Shown: in pieces, positions 37,988 to 52,788 of the stretch
How the letters are laid out: each line of letters starts with the position of its first letter
Position numbering within the stretch: the stretch's first letter is position 1
Assembly (NCBI GenBank): GCA_028023455.1
Contig: JAQFVV010000011.1
Coordinates: 5,828,001-5,892,000 of the forward strand
Origin: Epiperipatus broadwayi
Taxonomy: Eukaryota; Animalia; Onychophora
DNA: 64,000 nt
Reading direction: 5' to 3'
The notes under the pieces: model-generated
Told to the model about the DNA's origin: nothing
The model's input: only the letters and a program-made list of their open reading frames with translations
Database searches by the model: none
Translations under genes and position numbers: made by a program

Positions 37988-40900
37988 GGAAGAAATTGTA
38001 AAAAACTAAATGTAAATAAGCTCATGAAACTAGTAACAATATCTGAAATGTTCAAAGCTGAAATGCTGTGAAAAATCTTGTGTATGTGATTGTATTTCAA
38101 CCAATAGCACTTATTGTATCGTTCTTTTTTTTCATTTAGTGGCATTCATTGATTTAGTGATCTATATATACTTAGCACCTATTTTTTTAAAAAAAATTGC
38201 TTTGCTTTAGTTTTGACTTTTCTATTTATTTTAATATGGATATTAATCAGTTTTCAAATTTTAGTTTTATTGTATATAATTAAAATTATTGCAGTATAGA
38301 CATGTCAGAGAATACTTTTAAGGACAACATTTTTACTGCTAGGCATAAAAGACCAAGTGAATTAGTTTTTCATTTTGAAACTTTTTTTTTAATACCAGAA
38401 TTTTATTTTGAATTTTTTAAATATCAAACATTAATCTCTTTCATTGAAATTATGCTAATGTAGCAAAATAAAATCCCCTAAAAAACAAACCCCAGCAATA
38501 ACTTACAGTATTTATGAAAAGTATTATATAATATTTAATATCAAAATGCCCACACTATCAAATACAGTCATAAAGGAGTTGATTTCAAATTACATTTAAA
38601 TGAAATATATATATATTCAAATCTAATTTAGTAGTCTCTAACTATAATATATAGTTTAGTTCTATCTACATACATCGATCGCCCCTATAATTAGGCGCCT
38701 CATATTCTAACCTAATAAAGTATATTCTCCGTGATCTGCAAATTCACCAATGTGCATCCTCGGCCTAGCTCAGTGGTCGGTTAGTTATAAAAAATTTAGC
38801 TACAGAGATATGCAGTTAAGACAAGGAAAGAAATTAAAATCATAAAATAAATTATCATCAGTAAAATAAATATCTTGGGAAGAAAGAGAAATGCACTCAT
38901 TCCCTAATTAATAATTTAGAATAAAATAACATCCCTTCCTTATCAAAAACACATTCTCTGAGCTATAAGAATTTGCACTTTTCAACAATGATGATAACTT
39001 CTCATCTTCTTGTTAATGTTACTCAAAAAAAATATATATCCATTATGTAAATAATTTGCCAATATGATCTGAAAATAGTTTTCTTATAGCACAATTGTAA
39101 GTTAAACTCCTTTAAGCCACATCACAATTGTAATATCAACAATAATTGATCACTTCTTAATTAAAGAATAATTATAATGACAGTAATAATCTCAGGGTTT
39201 CTTTGTCTACTTTATTAAAAAAAAACTACAGTACTGTGCTGTCACATATGACTAGTATTCTGGTAAGTTATAGGAAACATTCACTTTACTTCAAAGTTAA
39301 TGGGTCCTCATATATCATAACAACTATTATAACGATTTAAAGGGATGATAAATAGGATTAACAATGACTTGAATAATCACATAAAATTTCGAATAATGTA
39401 GCCTTTTTATCCAGAATCTCGGTCAGAATAATAAAAAGACAAGGGTGCTTTTTGTGTTCTTCCATCATCCATGACAACGCAATAAATTAACTAAGACTAA
39501 TTCATTCAACAATTTAAATAAATATAACTGGAATAAGGTGCAGTCAGGGTTAATAACTTGGAAATAAATTTATTCTTACAATTAAATGATGTTTAGTCTG
39601 AAGTTTGCAATTCCATAACTAATTCTCATTAAAATAAAATGAAATGAAATATTCAGATCTGCGTAAAGATTGTCTATCTGGTATATTAAGCTTTTGAGAG
39701 TTTGAAATGATTTCAGACTCAAGAAAATGTTTTGCAAATATTGTGCAAACACACTTATATTTAGCATTAAAAAAAAAGAATTCACAACGAATATTGACAA
39801 GACTATAATTTATTACTATCACAGAACTAAAAAAATATATACAAATTTATTAAATAATATCACATTGATACGAAACATAAATCAACATTAATCTGTCTAT
39901 TGTTTAGTTATAAATTAAAATTATAAATTCGCATGTTTGCAATCATGCTATTGCATTGGATTGACTAGCTAAAAAGTGCATCTTATTTACTAATACACTA
40001 ATCTATAATTTCGGTAAACTTTCTATAAAGCTTTTACTTAAAGTTATTGACTAACTATTTTTGTTTTTTATTGATTAATACTATGATATGAAGTATGCAA
40101 AATATTAAATTTATTCCTAATAAAGTTTATCAAGTTATGGTTTTTAATTGAACAACCTATTCCTAATTATAGGCCATTTATCAGAAGTCGCACTCACCAT
40201 CTCACATTTAACTTAATGTCCACCTAAGTTACGATAAATATTTTAATTATAAGTGTAATTCAAACCAGAGATATTTCTTAATTATTAACTAACACTAAAT
40301 GTTGTGTTTGAATATTCCTCCAACAAATAAGCGTTTTAAAATACGCAGTTTTAACTTAACTTTCTCCATTGGTTTGCTTGTCAACTACTAGCAAGATTCA
40401 GTAGCACAATACAGATATTGATCTCAATTACTAAAACACTATTGATACTAAAGTGCACCTTGAGGAACTAACACCTCAAACCTAACATTTATCCTTGCCC
40501 TAACTTTTAAAACAAAGCACAATAATCAACACCTTCTATGGTGGAACTATCTTTATATTCACATGAGGAATGCAGAATAACAACGAATGTCTGCAGAGTA
40601 AAATCCTACACTGAAGTATTTTGGTGGTTTCTTGCCTATTACTCAGGCATAAAACATATAGGTGTGGAATCTATATCCTGACCACCTAAAGAAAACGAAC
40701 GTGCAGCAAATATAATCCTCTTTTGTGATTTAAAATACCTTAAGTTTACTAAATATTATATCAACTATGGATCGTTCTATTCATGAGAATCGATCATCTG
40801 GACTATCAAACCTACCATAACCTTGTATCAAAACTAATCCTCCCACGGAAAATAAAGTATCTTGGGGAGATCATTTTCATCCCACAAAATAAAATACATT

Positions 40901-43539
40901 ATAAGTATTACATATGCTGATATTAAGCATATATCGATCCTACACTTAGGCAAGATAAGAAAACACACTAATCATAATAAACCTATGTTACAATGTATAC
41001 TTCGATCAATATCTGAAACCAATGGACATGACAGCATAAAAGTATAATAATTTTAATTCTAATGAAGGAATATTCAAAAACAATGGGTAGCATATCAGCT
41101 TAAACTAAATAAAGTGGATGTGTTATTAAAGAATAACTGTTACTAAATTACTTAATTAATATAATATAAATTCTGTTCAAACATTAAACAAGAAATATTT
41201 TGTTAGAGCATTTTTTTTTTTTTAGAGTTACTTCTGATAGTTTTCAATATTTATTTTACCCGTTAAATAAATATAAAATATTTTTCTTTTAAGTACCTAA
41301 CATGCAAAGTTTATATCTCCAATTGCATTTAATAAATCCGATGCATTTCATAGATATTACTTCATATTAAATACAAACTGAATCCGGGGTAATGATAGTA
41401 AGACCTATACTTATCATTACAAGATCATTAAAATATTACGTGTCAGATATAAACCTTAGCATACATTAATATTATAACACAAAATAAAATTTTACAAATT
41501 AGTTTTTCTAAAAAAACAAACATTAAATAAACAAATGCAAATTATCTCATTAGCAGAACTATTTTTCTGTGAGCGGTTTGTCCAGGTGAAGAGTTTTCAT
41601 CCCGTCAAATTTTACAAAGCAATGAAAGTAATAAACACATTTTTTTTTTTAATGAAAAGTTTTCTTTTATTTAGCAATTCTCATAATAATCATGTAAAGA
41701 AAATTATAGTAGAACTGAAGATTAATTCTCACTTGAATTATACTAATAAAATTTGGATCCAAGAAAAGAAAACGAATATTCTAACATAGATGATAAACAC
41801 ACACATTATTTATTGACTACACATATAATTAGCTAGCTTATGTATTGAGAAAAAATGCACCCTTTTTTTAGATTAGGATGATAATAACTGCAGTTGACTT
41901 ATAGTATATATGAAGTTTTAAGAATCCCACCTTGCATATAGTATAATATATAATTTGATATTATTATTAAGTCACTAAAGATATTTGGTTCTCGTTCATA
42001 ATTTTAGAATTTTATTTTCCAATAGTAATTTTTTCCTTAAGAATGCACGTATATAATTTCACATTTATTTCAAAAGAGTGGTTCTTTTTCTATTTAAAAA
42101 AAACATACAGATGTATGTATAGCTTAGTATTATTATGATTATTAATTTTTTTTCTTTTTAGACAACTCTTGGTGAATAAAATATATTTTTGGATAAAATG
42201 GCATTATTTCAAAATGCAGACGATCTAGCGCTAAAATGTTTCTAGTTTTTCTTTCTTTTCTTTTAATATTCTTTTTAATTATTTTTCTCCTACACCAAGA
42301 AAATATTAATAAATAATAATAAGTCACTAAATAAATATTTCCCACTTGGAAATTATTTGTTTTCCTTAATTTAGACAAAATAATAAATTGCTTAATATTC
42401 TTAGCTAATTTCTTCATTTTTCTTGGTTTTTGTTAATAAAAAAAAAAAGTCCAACTTTTAAGACACGATAATTATTTAATATAGAAAGTTTTTGAAATAG
42501 ATAGATGGCATAGAACAAGATCTCTTACCAAAAGGTTCAGCAATGCATTATGAATAGAGTTTTCCTTTGATTGTACATTTATTTCTGCAAAATTTTAAAA
42601 GAAATTGGGTTACTAAATTTCAGCACTGTTCTCTCCTTGAAATACTGACGACAGACGATTTCTAAAAAAAATGATTTTGAGTATGAAATTGGTCATTCTT
42701 TTAACTCTAGCGACCTCTTCCAAGAAAAAAATAATCACTTGGTTATGACATAAACAAAAGAAAGGAAAAACTTATTACAATCATATAGTTTTCAGTATTA
42801 TTTAAAATATATTACAAAGTAATTTAATAATGAAAATAATAAATACATTTAAAACCAACAATAATTCTTGGTGATTTCAATTATACATAAATTATTTTCT
42901 ACAAATGAATTTATCAGAAGTTACTTTCCTTAGAATAAGACATCTTAAAATTATTTAATTGACATTTATGGTTTTTTCTTCTTTCTATAACCATCTAAGA
43001 ACTAACTACAGTTTATTGTATTTGTTTGACATTATATTAATTTGCTGTAATAAACAATATTTTAATTAAATTATTCATGTTCTTTTAAAAACATGATATT
43101 GCATTAGGAAATATATATTCCATTCACACAAACCATGTCAGGGTGAATGAATAGCATACCTTACTAACCAATTATTACTATTTTTATTTTATCTTTTTAT
43201 TTTTCTTAAAGAATAGCATTGATTTCATGCAGAAATAATGCTAAATAAATCCAAGTGCCCAAAAGCACTGGTTTACAATATATATGTGGCATTATAACAA
43301 TTCTATACAAGATCTTTACTAACATCATAATTTAGACTTAAACCAAACAACGTAACAAGAAGGATGTCAAAAATTGGTGCTGAGCATTAGATTACATACA
43401 AATATTTAGAGATTATATAAATGATCATTGAGTATAAACTGCCACTATACTTTGAATTTATGGTGACTAAATATTTAGAATATCAAGATATTGCCATATT
43501 TATTTGTAAGAATATCAAGCAGCAACAGCATCTTTTGGT

Positions 43540-44370
43540 TCAATTACATTGGTGATAGTAAGAAGACTATCATTGATAAGAAATTGAATAGCTAAGGGAA
43601 TGGATTTTACTTAAGATATCTAGATTCTACCATGATATGATTGTTTCATAAATAATGCTTTGGAACATCCAAGAAATATTATAAAAATTTAAGAACTATC
43701 AGAGGAAAGCAAAGAAATAGGTTTAAAAATAAATATTAAAAGGAATAAAATGATGTTCAATGATATTTAGAAAAGGAAAAAATGAAGATTAATAATACTG
43801 AATTAGAATATAAATACTGTGGTCAGAATACTAAAATGGATGGAAACATAATATGGAGTTAATCATAAAATTAAACTTTGGATTATTAAAATAAAACATG
43901 CCTCTTTGCTTGAAAAGGACAATTTTTATTAAATATGTTTTACTAGTATTTATTTGTTGACCTAAGACTTGGGCAAATAATAGAAGAGCATTATGGTAAT
44001 TTTGTATTATATGGCTGAGTATGAGGTGATGTATGTTAGGAATTTGAAGAAGGGATTGAAAACAAAATATGTGCCAGAGATAAAGGTATCATTATCATTA
44101 AGTAACTGAAGTCAAACTGACTGGACATATTTCTGGAAGATATGATGATAGATGAGCAATTGAAGGCCTAAAATGATTTCTAAAATGTTGCAGATGATTT
44201 AAAAAGGGATTACATATAAGGTGGATGAATGAGATGAGGAAATTTGCTATAGTGATGTGAAGAAAAGAAGTTATGGGTCAGAGAAACTGGATTATTCTTG
44301 GGAAAATCTCTATCAAGCAGTGGATTGATAATGATTGAAAATGATGATGGTGATGAACTCAAAAAATATT
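43540..44370 (+). mobile_element. RTE-clade LINE 3' fragment, same family as 19.3 kb
   Basis: The degenerate RT C-terminal region ends in GATTGAAAATGATGATGGTGATGAACTC, matching the 3' end of the 19.3-kb copy. Confidence 0.65.
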
Positions 44371-46844
44371 GTCTTTTTTATTTTGATGTAGATATCACAT
44401 AAACACACATACTGTCTAATTTCTATTATGTAAGTTGACATACATTTAAATGCAATAGATGGATAACTATAAACTATATTTTTCAGTCATACTTTGCATG
44501 CAAATAATCAGATTATGAGATAAGTACAAAATTATTATGTTTATTCCTGTATTTCCATATTAATATTATAGTTGGTTTGTTAATCTAACAATGATTTTTT
44601 ATCTTACTCATATTATAGTGTCAAAATATAAGATTGCTTCTTTTGATTGTAATTTTTTTTTTACTGTTGTAAGAAAATATACTCACTAGCATATAGGTTT
44701 TTTTTTCCCCCCAGGATACCATATAAGAAGAGAATTCATTACTTAATTCAATTCAAAAATGAATAATATATTCACCTGACTGCCATTAGCAGAACATTAA
44801 GTCCAGATGAAATGAGCCTTGGAGATTTATTCAGACTACTTTTTTAAAAATTTCACATAGTTTGTAGGTAATTTAGTTAACCATCCAGCATTTGGTTGGT
44901 AAATGAGTATCTCGTTAATTTTAACTAGAGAGAAAAGGTCTCAGGTCAATGTGAATTGGTCAAATGACTTGTAATCCATTGAGTGTAAAACAAAGATTAT
45001 GAAATATAGCTCGCACTATAATTAAGAGGGATTTAATTTTACCAACCTTTCAGTTTGACATTTGGGAAAAAAAATGTTTCAAACCTGTAGTTGTTATGTT
45101 TTTATTTTGTTTGGTTTTAATTTAAAAAAATCAAATTTGTTTACATATTAGTATTAATAATTAATGTATTTACCTAAAGCAATTGGTATCAAAGCTGTGA
45201 ATGCAAAAAGTTTGACACTTATAAATCAAAATGTATGTAACAATTATTGCTTGAAAATTTAATAATTAAACAACTTTAGTTACTATTATGTATGCGTAAA
45301 AATATTTTGGTGTATCAAAATTGTTTATTTTGCTTTATGCAAAATAGCACAGGCTATAAAACAATCGTGTTTTAGGTCAAAAAAAAAAGACTTTATAAGA
45401 TACAGCTATAACAAAAATATTTTAAATTTTATTAGATGCAGTGGCTTTTATATTTTATCCTTGAAAAGAATATTTTTTAATATTATAATTCATACTTTTT
45501 TTTTTTTGTTTCGTTTTCACGTACCCCCATTGTATATCATAAATAAATGTTTTAAGATATTCAAATAAGCATTAAGTGCTATGCTGAAAATTTTATGTCA
45601 CATAATGAAAATTTTAAATATTTGTTTAGTGCACTTTAAACAAGACGTCTTCAAAGATTTTCTGTCAAACAGATGATTATCTTTCTATTTTATAGAAAGC
45701 TTCTAAGCGCTACTTACTGACAGCTTCTCTTGTGAAAACCTTGATAATTATTATGTTTACTATTATCATTAACATTTTAGTGTCTTAATACATGAAATAT
45801 TTTTTGTTGTGTCTTTTTTAATGCCAAATCATTATTATTATCCCCATTTCTTCTTTAAAGTTAGAATTGTCTGATTTAATTTTATAAGTTGCTGATGAAG
45901 GAAAAAAAGAATTTTATTAAATATATGAGTGCATGCACACACGCGTGCGTTGAGTCGTACAACTTAAATTTTATAACGCTCTATGGTGAAGAAAAATATT
46001 TTTCCTAATAGTTAGATATTTATTTGTATGTGCTTTTTTAATATCAAGTTTTCAGTATAACTAAGTTTTTCTCCAAATAATAAATTAATTCATTCTTCAA
46101 TTACGTTTTTTTGAATGACAATAAATTTTATTTAAATATTTTGTTTGGGCAAAGTAGTTATAAATTATCTATTTGAAATTTTCTACAAATAGAGCTACTT
46201 GGTCACATACATATTTGTGTTAAGGAGTTTAGAAAATTGTCAAAAATAGCATTTTATTAGTAGATTTCAGTGATGTGACAAAAATTATTTGAGTATCCAT
46301 TGTTTATTATCAATAACTTACTAGAATCAGACATCTCTATTTTTTCTATGACCCATAATCATCACCATGATTAGCAGTCTTTCATAAACAATTGCAGAAG
46401 AAAATATCTCATGAAGATAGGTAGATAACCAATAAAAAATTAGGAAATTAAAAAAGAAAAAAAAATATGAAGGAAGATTGGAATTAAAATTACAACTAAT
46501 GCAAATAAAATATGAAAATGTGATTGTGCAGATAGCACAATCCCATTGTATCGATTAGTAAATATATGAATAATGACATAGTGGATTCACAACAATTAGA
46601 CATTATACTTAGATATTGTACTTAGCAGTGACTGAAGACAGTAAGATGAAGAAAACATAGAGAATGAAAGAAAGAATAATAGTGATGAATTTACATTTTA
46701 GTAACTATTTTTATTAAATGAAGTTGAGAAGACAACCCCCATCCTTCATTCAATCATGCATCATTTTGTGATATTTGGAATCTTAAAATTAAATAATCTA
46801 TTATTTCAACAAAATAACAAAAATATACAATTGCTAACATAATC

Positions 46845-48760
46845 ATCATTTTCAACCATTATTGATATATTACAGAATGAATGTCTTTCCAAGTTCAATC
46901 CAGTTTATCCAAGCTCTAGCCTCTCTTTCCATTTTATACCAGCAATTTTTTTTTCATTTCATCCATGCAACTCACACATAGTATTTTTTTAGATCATAGA
47001 TCTTTTATTATAATTCTTGGGATTCAGTTTAAATCTTAAATTGATCTTCTATTATTACCTCTTACCAATATATCCAACCCACTTACATTTCAATTTCTTT
47101 AATTCTTTCATGATGTCAATGATATCTATTTGGTACCTCATATTTTAATTTCAATTTCTTCTTGTTATTCCTAATATATGTATATCCATATTTTCTTAAA
47201 TGGTTTGAAGTATCTGTATTCATCTGTTAAACATCCAAATTTCAAGTCCATAAGTAAGAACTGATAAACACCTCTATTAAAAATCTTCACTTTCAAAAAC
47301 ACATATATATTGTCTTTTAATATTAAATTATTTTGGTCAAAGGCACTTCATCAAAGTTTAATTAATTTTATTCCAATATATTTCTATTTGTATTACTAAT
47401 TTGATCAAACTATTTGTAGTTGTTAACTTCTTTAATTTATGATTATCGATCTCTTTAATCCTATTTTTTTTTTTTTTCAATTGATAACTCTTACAACATT
47501 TTTTGAACTTCCAAAACATTATTTCTATAAACAACCATGCCATATGCAAGGTCTAGATGATTTAAATAATCTCCATTTATTCTTACACTCTTAGCTTTTC
47601 ATTTTAATCCACAAAATATTTTTAAAACTCCTGTAAAAAGTTTTGGATGTATGAGATCACCCTGTTCTATATTTTTCTCAAAGTTAATCTTCTTCGTATC
47701 CCCATATTATTTAATCATTGCTATTGCATGCTTTTCAGAATACTACAATATCTGTGGTCTACATTTTGATGATCCAAAGCCTTAATCACTGTGGGAATAT
47801 TTATAATGGCAACTCATATTCTTTGGTTCTCTCTATATTTTTTTTTCATTACTACTTGGATGCCATCCATGATGTTAAAACCCATTTTGAAATTTTGCTT
47901 GTTCTTATGCTTGATTAAAATCCAAAATTTGTTGCAGAGGAGTTGAAATTATCTTGATAAAGATGTTATAGAAAATTGATATCTCAATAGGCTCTAATAT
48001 TTTTGATTGCCTTTCTTAAATATTATTATTACTGTATTCTTTCAATCATTTGATATTATAATTTTGTCAAAAAAATTTCTATTTCTTTACCTGCTTTAAA
48101 AAAAAAAATTACACTATTTTCTAGAGCTTTTCTCTTCTTCATAGTTTTAAGTGATCATCTTATTTCTTCATTTAAAATGATGGATAATTGAGAAGATATA
48201 ATAACTATAGAGGATACTTTATTTTCTTGGTTTTTATTACTGTATAATTCTTACAGAACTCTTTCATATATTTCATGATTTCATTTCATTTTTTTAGTAA
48301 TAGTTTCATCTTCTTTTTTTTTTTTTTATTGCTGAAACTTTTCTTTCAATACCAAGATGTTGGATATATTTTTAAGATTTTTATTCTCTTCTATAGGTTT
48401 TCTTAATCATTCAAAATTATATTTTCTTATATCATTATTAATAATTTTTTTAGCATCATTTTACAAAACTCGAAATATTTAATTCTTCTTAATAAATTAT
48501 TTTTTGAGAAGTTCATATTCTTTATTTTTTTATTATATTATTTTATCTCAGTAGAAAAATTATTGAAAAATTGCTGCTTTTTCGCATCATCTATCTTTCT
48601 TGGTGGTTCTTAATAGGGTATCAGTTATCTTCTTATTGTCTTCAATTAAGTCTAAATCATCTTCAAAGTCTTTTAATATTTTTAAATGATTTGTGATCTT
48701 AACTCTTTGGCAGTCATTATCTAAAATAAAAACTATTATATTTGTAAGACTTTTCAATTA
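46845..48760 (-). mobile_element. RTE-clade LINE, decayed, same family
   Basis: Colinear similarity to 19345-20900, for example TCTAGATGATTTAAATAATCTCCATTTA at ~47552 (INGDYLNHLD on minus) and CAAGTCCATAAGTAAGAACTGATAAAAC at ~47243. Confidence 0.75.
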
Positions 48761-50567
48761 ATTTATACAGCATTTTTTTTAAACATTTCAAAACTAAAAA
48801 GACAAACTGGAAAATAAAATAAGTGTGCTCTCCCATTCTTGTTATACTAAGTTATAAAGACTAGATTATTTAATGCATTCATTTGAAATATACTGGGAAG
48901 CTATTTGTCATGGCTCAAAATATCTTGAAAATCAAATTTAACACAGTTATTCAGATAACTAAAAAATATATAAGGACTTTTTTCTTCTACTAATTTTTCA
49001 GCATTTTTTATTTATTTTTTTTTATGTTGAAATGGCTGTCTCATTCTTCTACTATTTATATGCTGTAATATCTAACTGATAATGTTTATCTCTCATTCTT
49101 TTATTATCTTTTGCTATGCAGCTAACTTTCTTCTTTTTTTCTAAATACTATAGTGATTATCTCTTACTATCTAAAAGCTATAATGACCATTTCTCATATG
49201 CATACTATAGTTAGTGCATTTCATTATTTGTATGATATAATGGCTCTCTCTAGAGTGTTTTGATGTTTGCTTCAAATAATGTGCAACTTATAATCAAGTT
49301 AAAATGTATATTGCAATTATAGAAAAATCCTGCTTTTAAGTATGACCTGTAAAATGATATCACTTGATTCAAATTCTATCTTCATATTCACAGGCAGACT
49401 TATATATGATATATTAATTCTAAATTTCTTATTCAGACATATTAATAAAATATAAAAAAGTTCCATGACTTTAAATATTATTTTACAAATTTTTAATTCC
49501 TTTCAGAAAATAAGTAAGGTTTGCAATTTTTTGATTTTTAGCTTGAATAGCAGGATAAGACAACATGGAAATCACTGCTTTCTACAAAAAGGCCAATTTT
49601 TTGGAAGGTTGGTTTTACTATCATTTAATGTTTATTGTTTTTATGTAAGTTTGGGTGGAGTGATGGATGAAATGTTACTATCACTAGATATAGATTGTAT
49701 ATAAAGTGGGAAATAATTTTTGTTTTAAGGTAAAACTTTAATGTATAAATTCTTACAAAAATAATGTATAAGTACAATGTAAAAAGAATTTGTTTTCTGA
49801 TAAACAATTTTACAAAAATAAGCATTAATTTATGACAGTATCGATATGAATATTACATTAAGCAGGAAAAAAGTTATTTTAATTGTGATTATTTTATAAA
49901 CTTTCAATGTATCATAATAATGAATCATCATAGTGACATTACTAACATATGATGAAGCTTCTAATTATAATTGTCTAACTTGCAGATAATTATGGCAGAA
50001 TATATTGAATATTTAGCCAAGATAATAAATGACATTATTAGATAAATTCCATGTAATATAGAAAATAATGTATAGATTAAAAGACATACTAATACTGCTT
50101 TATACATTGAGAAAATATTGGAAATGTTAAATACAATCTTTAATACATTGTCTATCCAGTGGGAAAAATATTTTTAATAATGTCTTTTATAGTTATTTAT
50201 TATCTTTTATATTTAAAGGTAAGAAATTTGTGCAATAAAACTATTAAGTGTTTAATGCATTTCTTCTTGCCCTTGTTAAGCTGAAATTGTTTATTACACA
50301 CAGTAGAGTCTAACATTGATTTAGTATGATATTTACAAAGTGATTGGGCTAAAAGGTTCAGTAGTGGAACTTCTTGATTGTTTATGTTTAAGTATCAGAA
50401 GTTTACATATGTTGCTTGAATTATATTATATATTGTTCAATTAGATCAACATTTATTGATAAAAACAGATTGGATGTGGCAATTACATTAGCTTAGATTA
50501 TAGTAATGCAGAGATGATAACTTCTGTTAAATCTGTGACATTTGAATACAAGCATAATTTATATACT

Positions 50568-50622
50568 TGGAGTTTAGATGTAATTATAAGGGATTTGGAC
50601 ACAAGACTTTCAAGTTCCCTTC
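50568..50622 (-). repeat. Old SINE-like remnant, with a second copy at ~59660-59715
   Basis: GGGATTTG(G/A)ACAC(A)AGACTTT(T)CAAG(T/C)TCCCTT occurs at both sites. On the minus strand it resembles a B box. Confidence 0.4.
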
Positions 50623-50789
50623 AGTTATCCATTATATTTCATACAACTGATATACATGTCCACATACACGGAAAAAGATAAATGATCTCCAATAAAATAT
50701 ATAAAAAAAAATGAATTAAAAAACTCTTTTTTATGTAAAAAAACTTTTTTCAAAATTTTAATCTTTTCCTTAAAAAAAAAAATATATAT

Positions 50790-51088
50790 ATATATATTTG
50801 TGTTGAACCATCACTTATCAGTTGATCCAGATCATCATCTCCCATACATATATAATCAGTGCTCAGTTTATATTAAGATAGAATATCTTCAAACTTTAAT
50901 GGACAGGCTTCAATCTATTCCAACCTCCATGACTGAAGAGTTGAAGGGTGGAGTAGATTGAAGCCTGTCCATTAAAGTTTGAACATTTTCTATCTTAATA
51001 TAAACTGAGCACTGATTATATATGTGTTTTGGACATGATGATTTGGACCAACTGATGAGTTCTGGTTCAGCATGAAATGTATATTTTG
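50790..51088. mobile_element. ~300-bp fold-back with two hammerhead-like motifs
   Basis: Near-perfect inner arms 50846-50922 and ~50950-51025, with weaker pairing out to ~50790 and ~51085. CTGAAGA lies at the centre (50933). CAA|CTGATGA|GTT-CTGGTTCAG-CAT|GAAA|T-GTAT-ATT|TTG lies at 51049-51088. Confidence 0.7.
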
Positions 51089-52685
51089 AAGATCATTTAT
51101 CTGTTTCACATACATGTGGTTATGTGTAGTGGTGTCTGAGATAGAGTGGACTGCTGAAGGAGTTTGAAAGTCTGTGTTGAATCTATGCCAGTATATTTTT
51201 CTTCTGCCATGCACCAAAGCATAACATTCCTCAGCAATGTACAATAATTGGTGTTTAGTTTATAGGTGAAGCAATGCAAGAGTGTCATTGCATGAATGAG
51301 GTTTTTCATTTTAAGGATAATTTTCTAATAATACTTTGATATGGAAAACTAAGTTTAGCCTAATAATTTCTGCTATTATTTTCCCCAATATTTTGTGAAT
51401 AAGTTTTTGTGTAAAAGTTTGAAATTATAGGCATTAACATGCACTTTGAGTTGGATTTTTTCAATATAGAAAGAATGTAGTTTTTTTTAGAAAAATAAGT
51501 TCTTTCATTTTTTTCTGTAATATAATATGAAATTTCATAGCAGCAAATATTTTAAGGAACAAAATAAGAGTAGTTTCCATAATGTCTTAATTATTTAGAT
51601 AAGCATGATATTCATATCATGATAGAAATGACTAATTATTAGTTATTCAATATTTTCTGTTGCATTAAATTAAAGATAAAAAGAAATAATATTTTAGTCA
51701 AAAATGTTTATAACTTTTTTAGCCCAGTTGCTTGTCAGAATGAGCCCTTGCAACATCAACTTCCAAATTAACAAGTTTAGTTGATGCCAGTTATGTTTTT
51801 GGCAGTACATTTGTTATTGTTATGATTGACTATTGTATTTACATTATTACTTGAAGGCCTTTGTTTCTTAATGATGAAAGGTACTTCAAAACTTAGTAGA
51901 CTTCTTATAAAGCAAATTCACCACTTTTTAATCGATTTCTAAATTCTCTTGTGTAATGGCAGATAAGTTGTTTCTCAATTTTTTTTTAATTTTCTGACCC
52001 TAGTAGTAATTATGGTGCAAGCTGGATTAGGAAAGTGAGGAAGAGATTATTTTTGGAATTATTATTCTTTATGTTCAATCACTCAGGTGTTATGTAAGAT
52101 ATTCTTATTAAGCTCAAGTTCGTTGCAATAAAATAATGTTTTTTGTTCAGTTTTTTTTTTTTTAATTGTAATATATTTACAAATATCTTGGACTTCATCA
52201 TTTTTATATTGTCATTGTCTTGAAAATCATTCATCTTTGTGTCCATTATTACAAGTCCTAATTATTATTTTTTTCAATAGTTTCAATTTAATTACTTTCC
52301 CGTTGATTTTCTTCTTATAACAATTATTTCAGATTGGAATTCAAACCTGATTATTGGTCTGTCTTTTTTTTATATTTTGTTTTTGTAATGTTTATATATA
52401 TTTTTTTAAATATAAGATTTTCATAATTGTAGTAATTCTCATTAGTACCATCTTGAATTGAGTAAATTAAAAACACTTAATATTGTTAATTATTAAATAT
52501 TAAAAATATATACCATAGTATTAAATATTAATTTAGGTTTAACTTTCACTCTTCATGTTTATCAATCTATTTATTAAAGAAACTCGTTGCATTATAAACA
52601 CATACATTTTTTAAAAATATAATTTAAATATTAAATCTTTTTATTTTGCATTTATTAGTATAATGTTGACTTCTTTTTTTTTAAG

Positions 52686-52788
52686 GTTGACTGAATCTTG
52701 CCATGATCAAAGTTCGAGATTTGTCAAATTAGTAGCTAAACCAAATTGCAGTTATTTAGTTCCAGAAGATTTTGTTCCTTTTATTCAG
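52686..52788 (+). CDS. PPP2R3A: Internal coding exon of a protein phosphatase 2A regulatory subunit B'' (PR72/PR130-like)
   Basis: Polypyrimidine tract and TTAAG acceptor end at 52685; CAG|GTAAGT donor at 52788/52789. After 1 nt the frame is open for 34 codons: LTESCHDQSSRFVKLVAKPNCSYLVPEDFVPFIQ. This matches my recollection of human PPP2R3A (KLLNNHHDDASKFICLLAKPNCSSLEQEDFIPLLQ). It is too short for the ORF track. The choice between paralogues A and B is uncertain. Confidence 0.88.

Noticed and set aside
38753-38785. TAGCTCAGTGG A-box-like fragment as a tRNA gene
   Set aside because: No B box or cloverleaf follows. At most it is a SINE head remnant.
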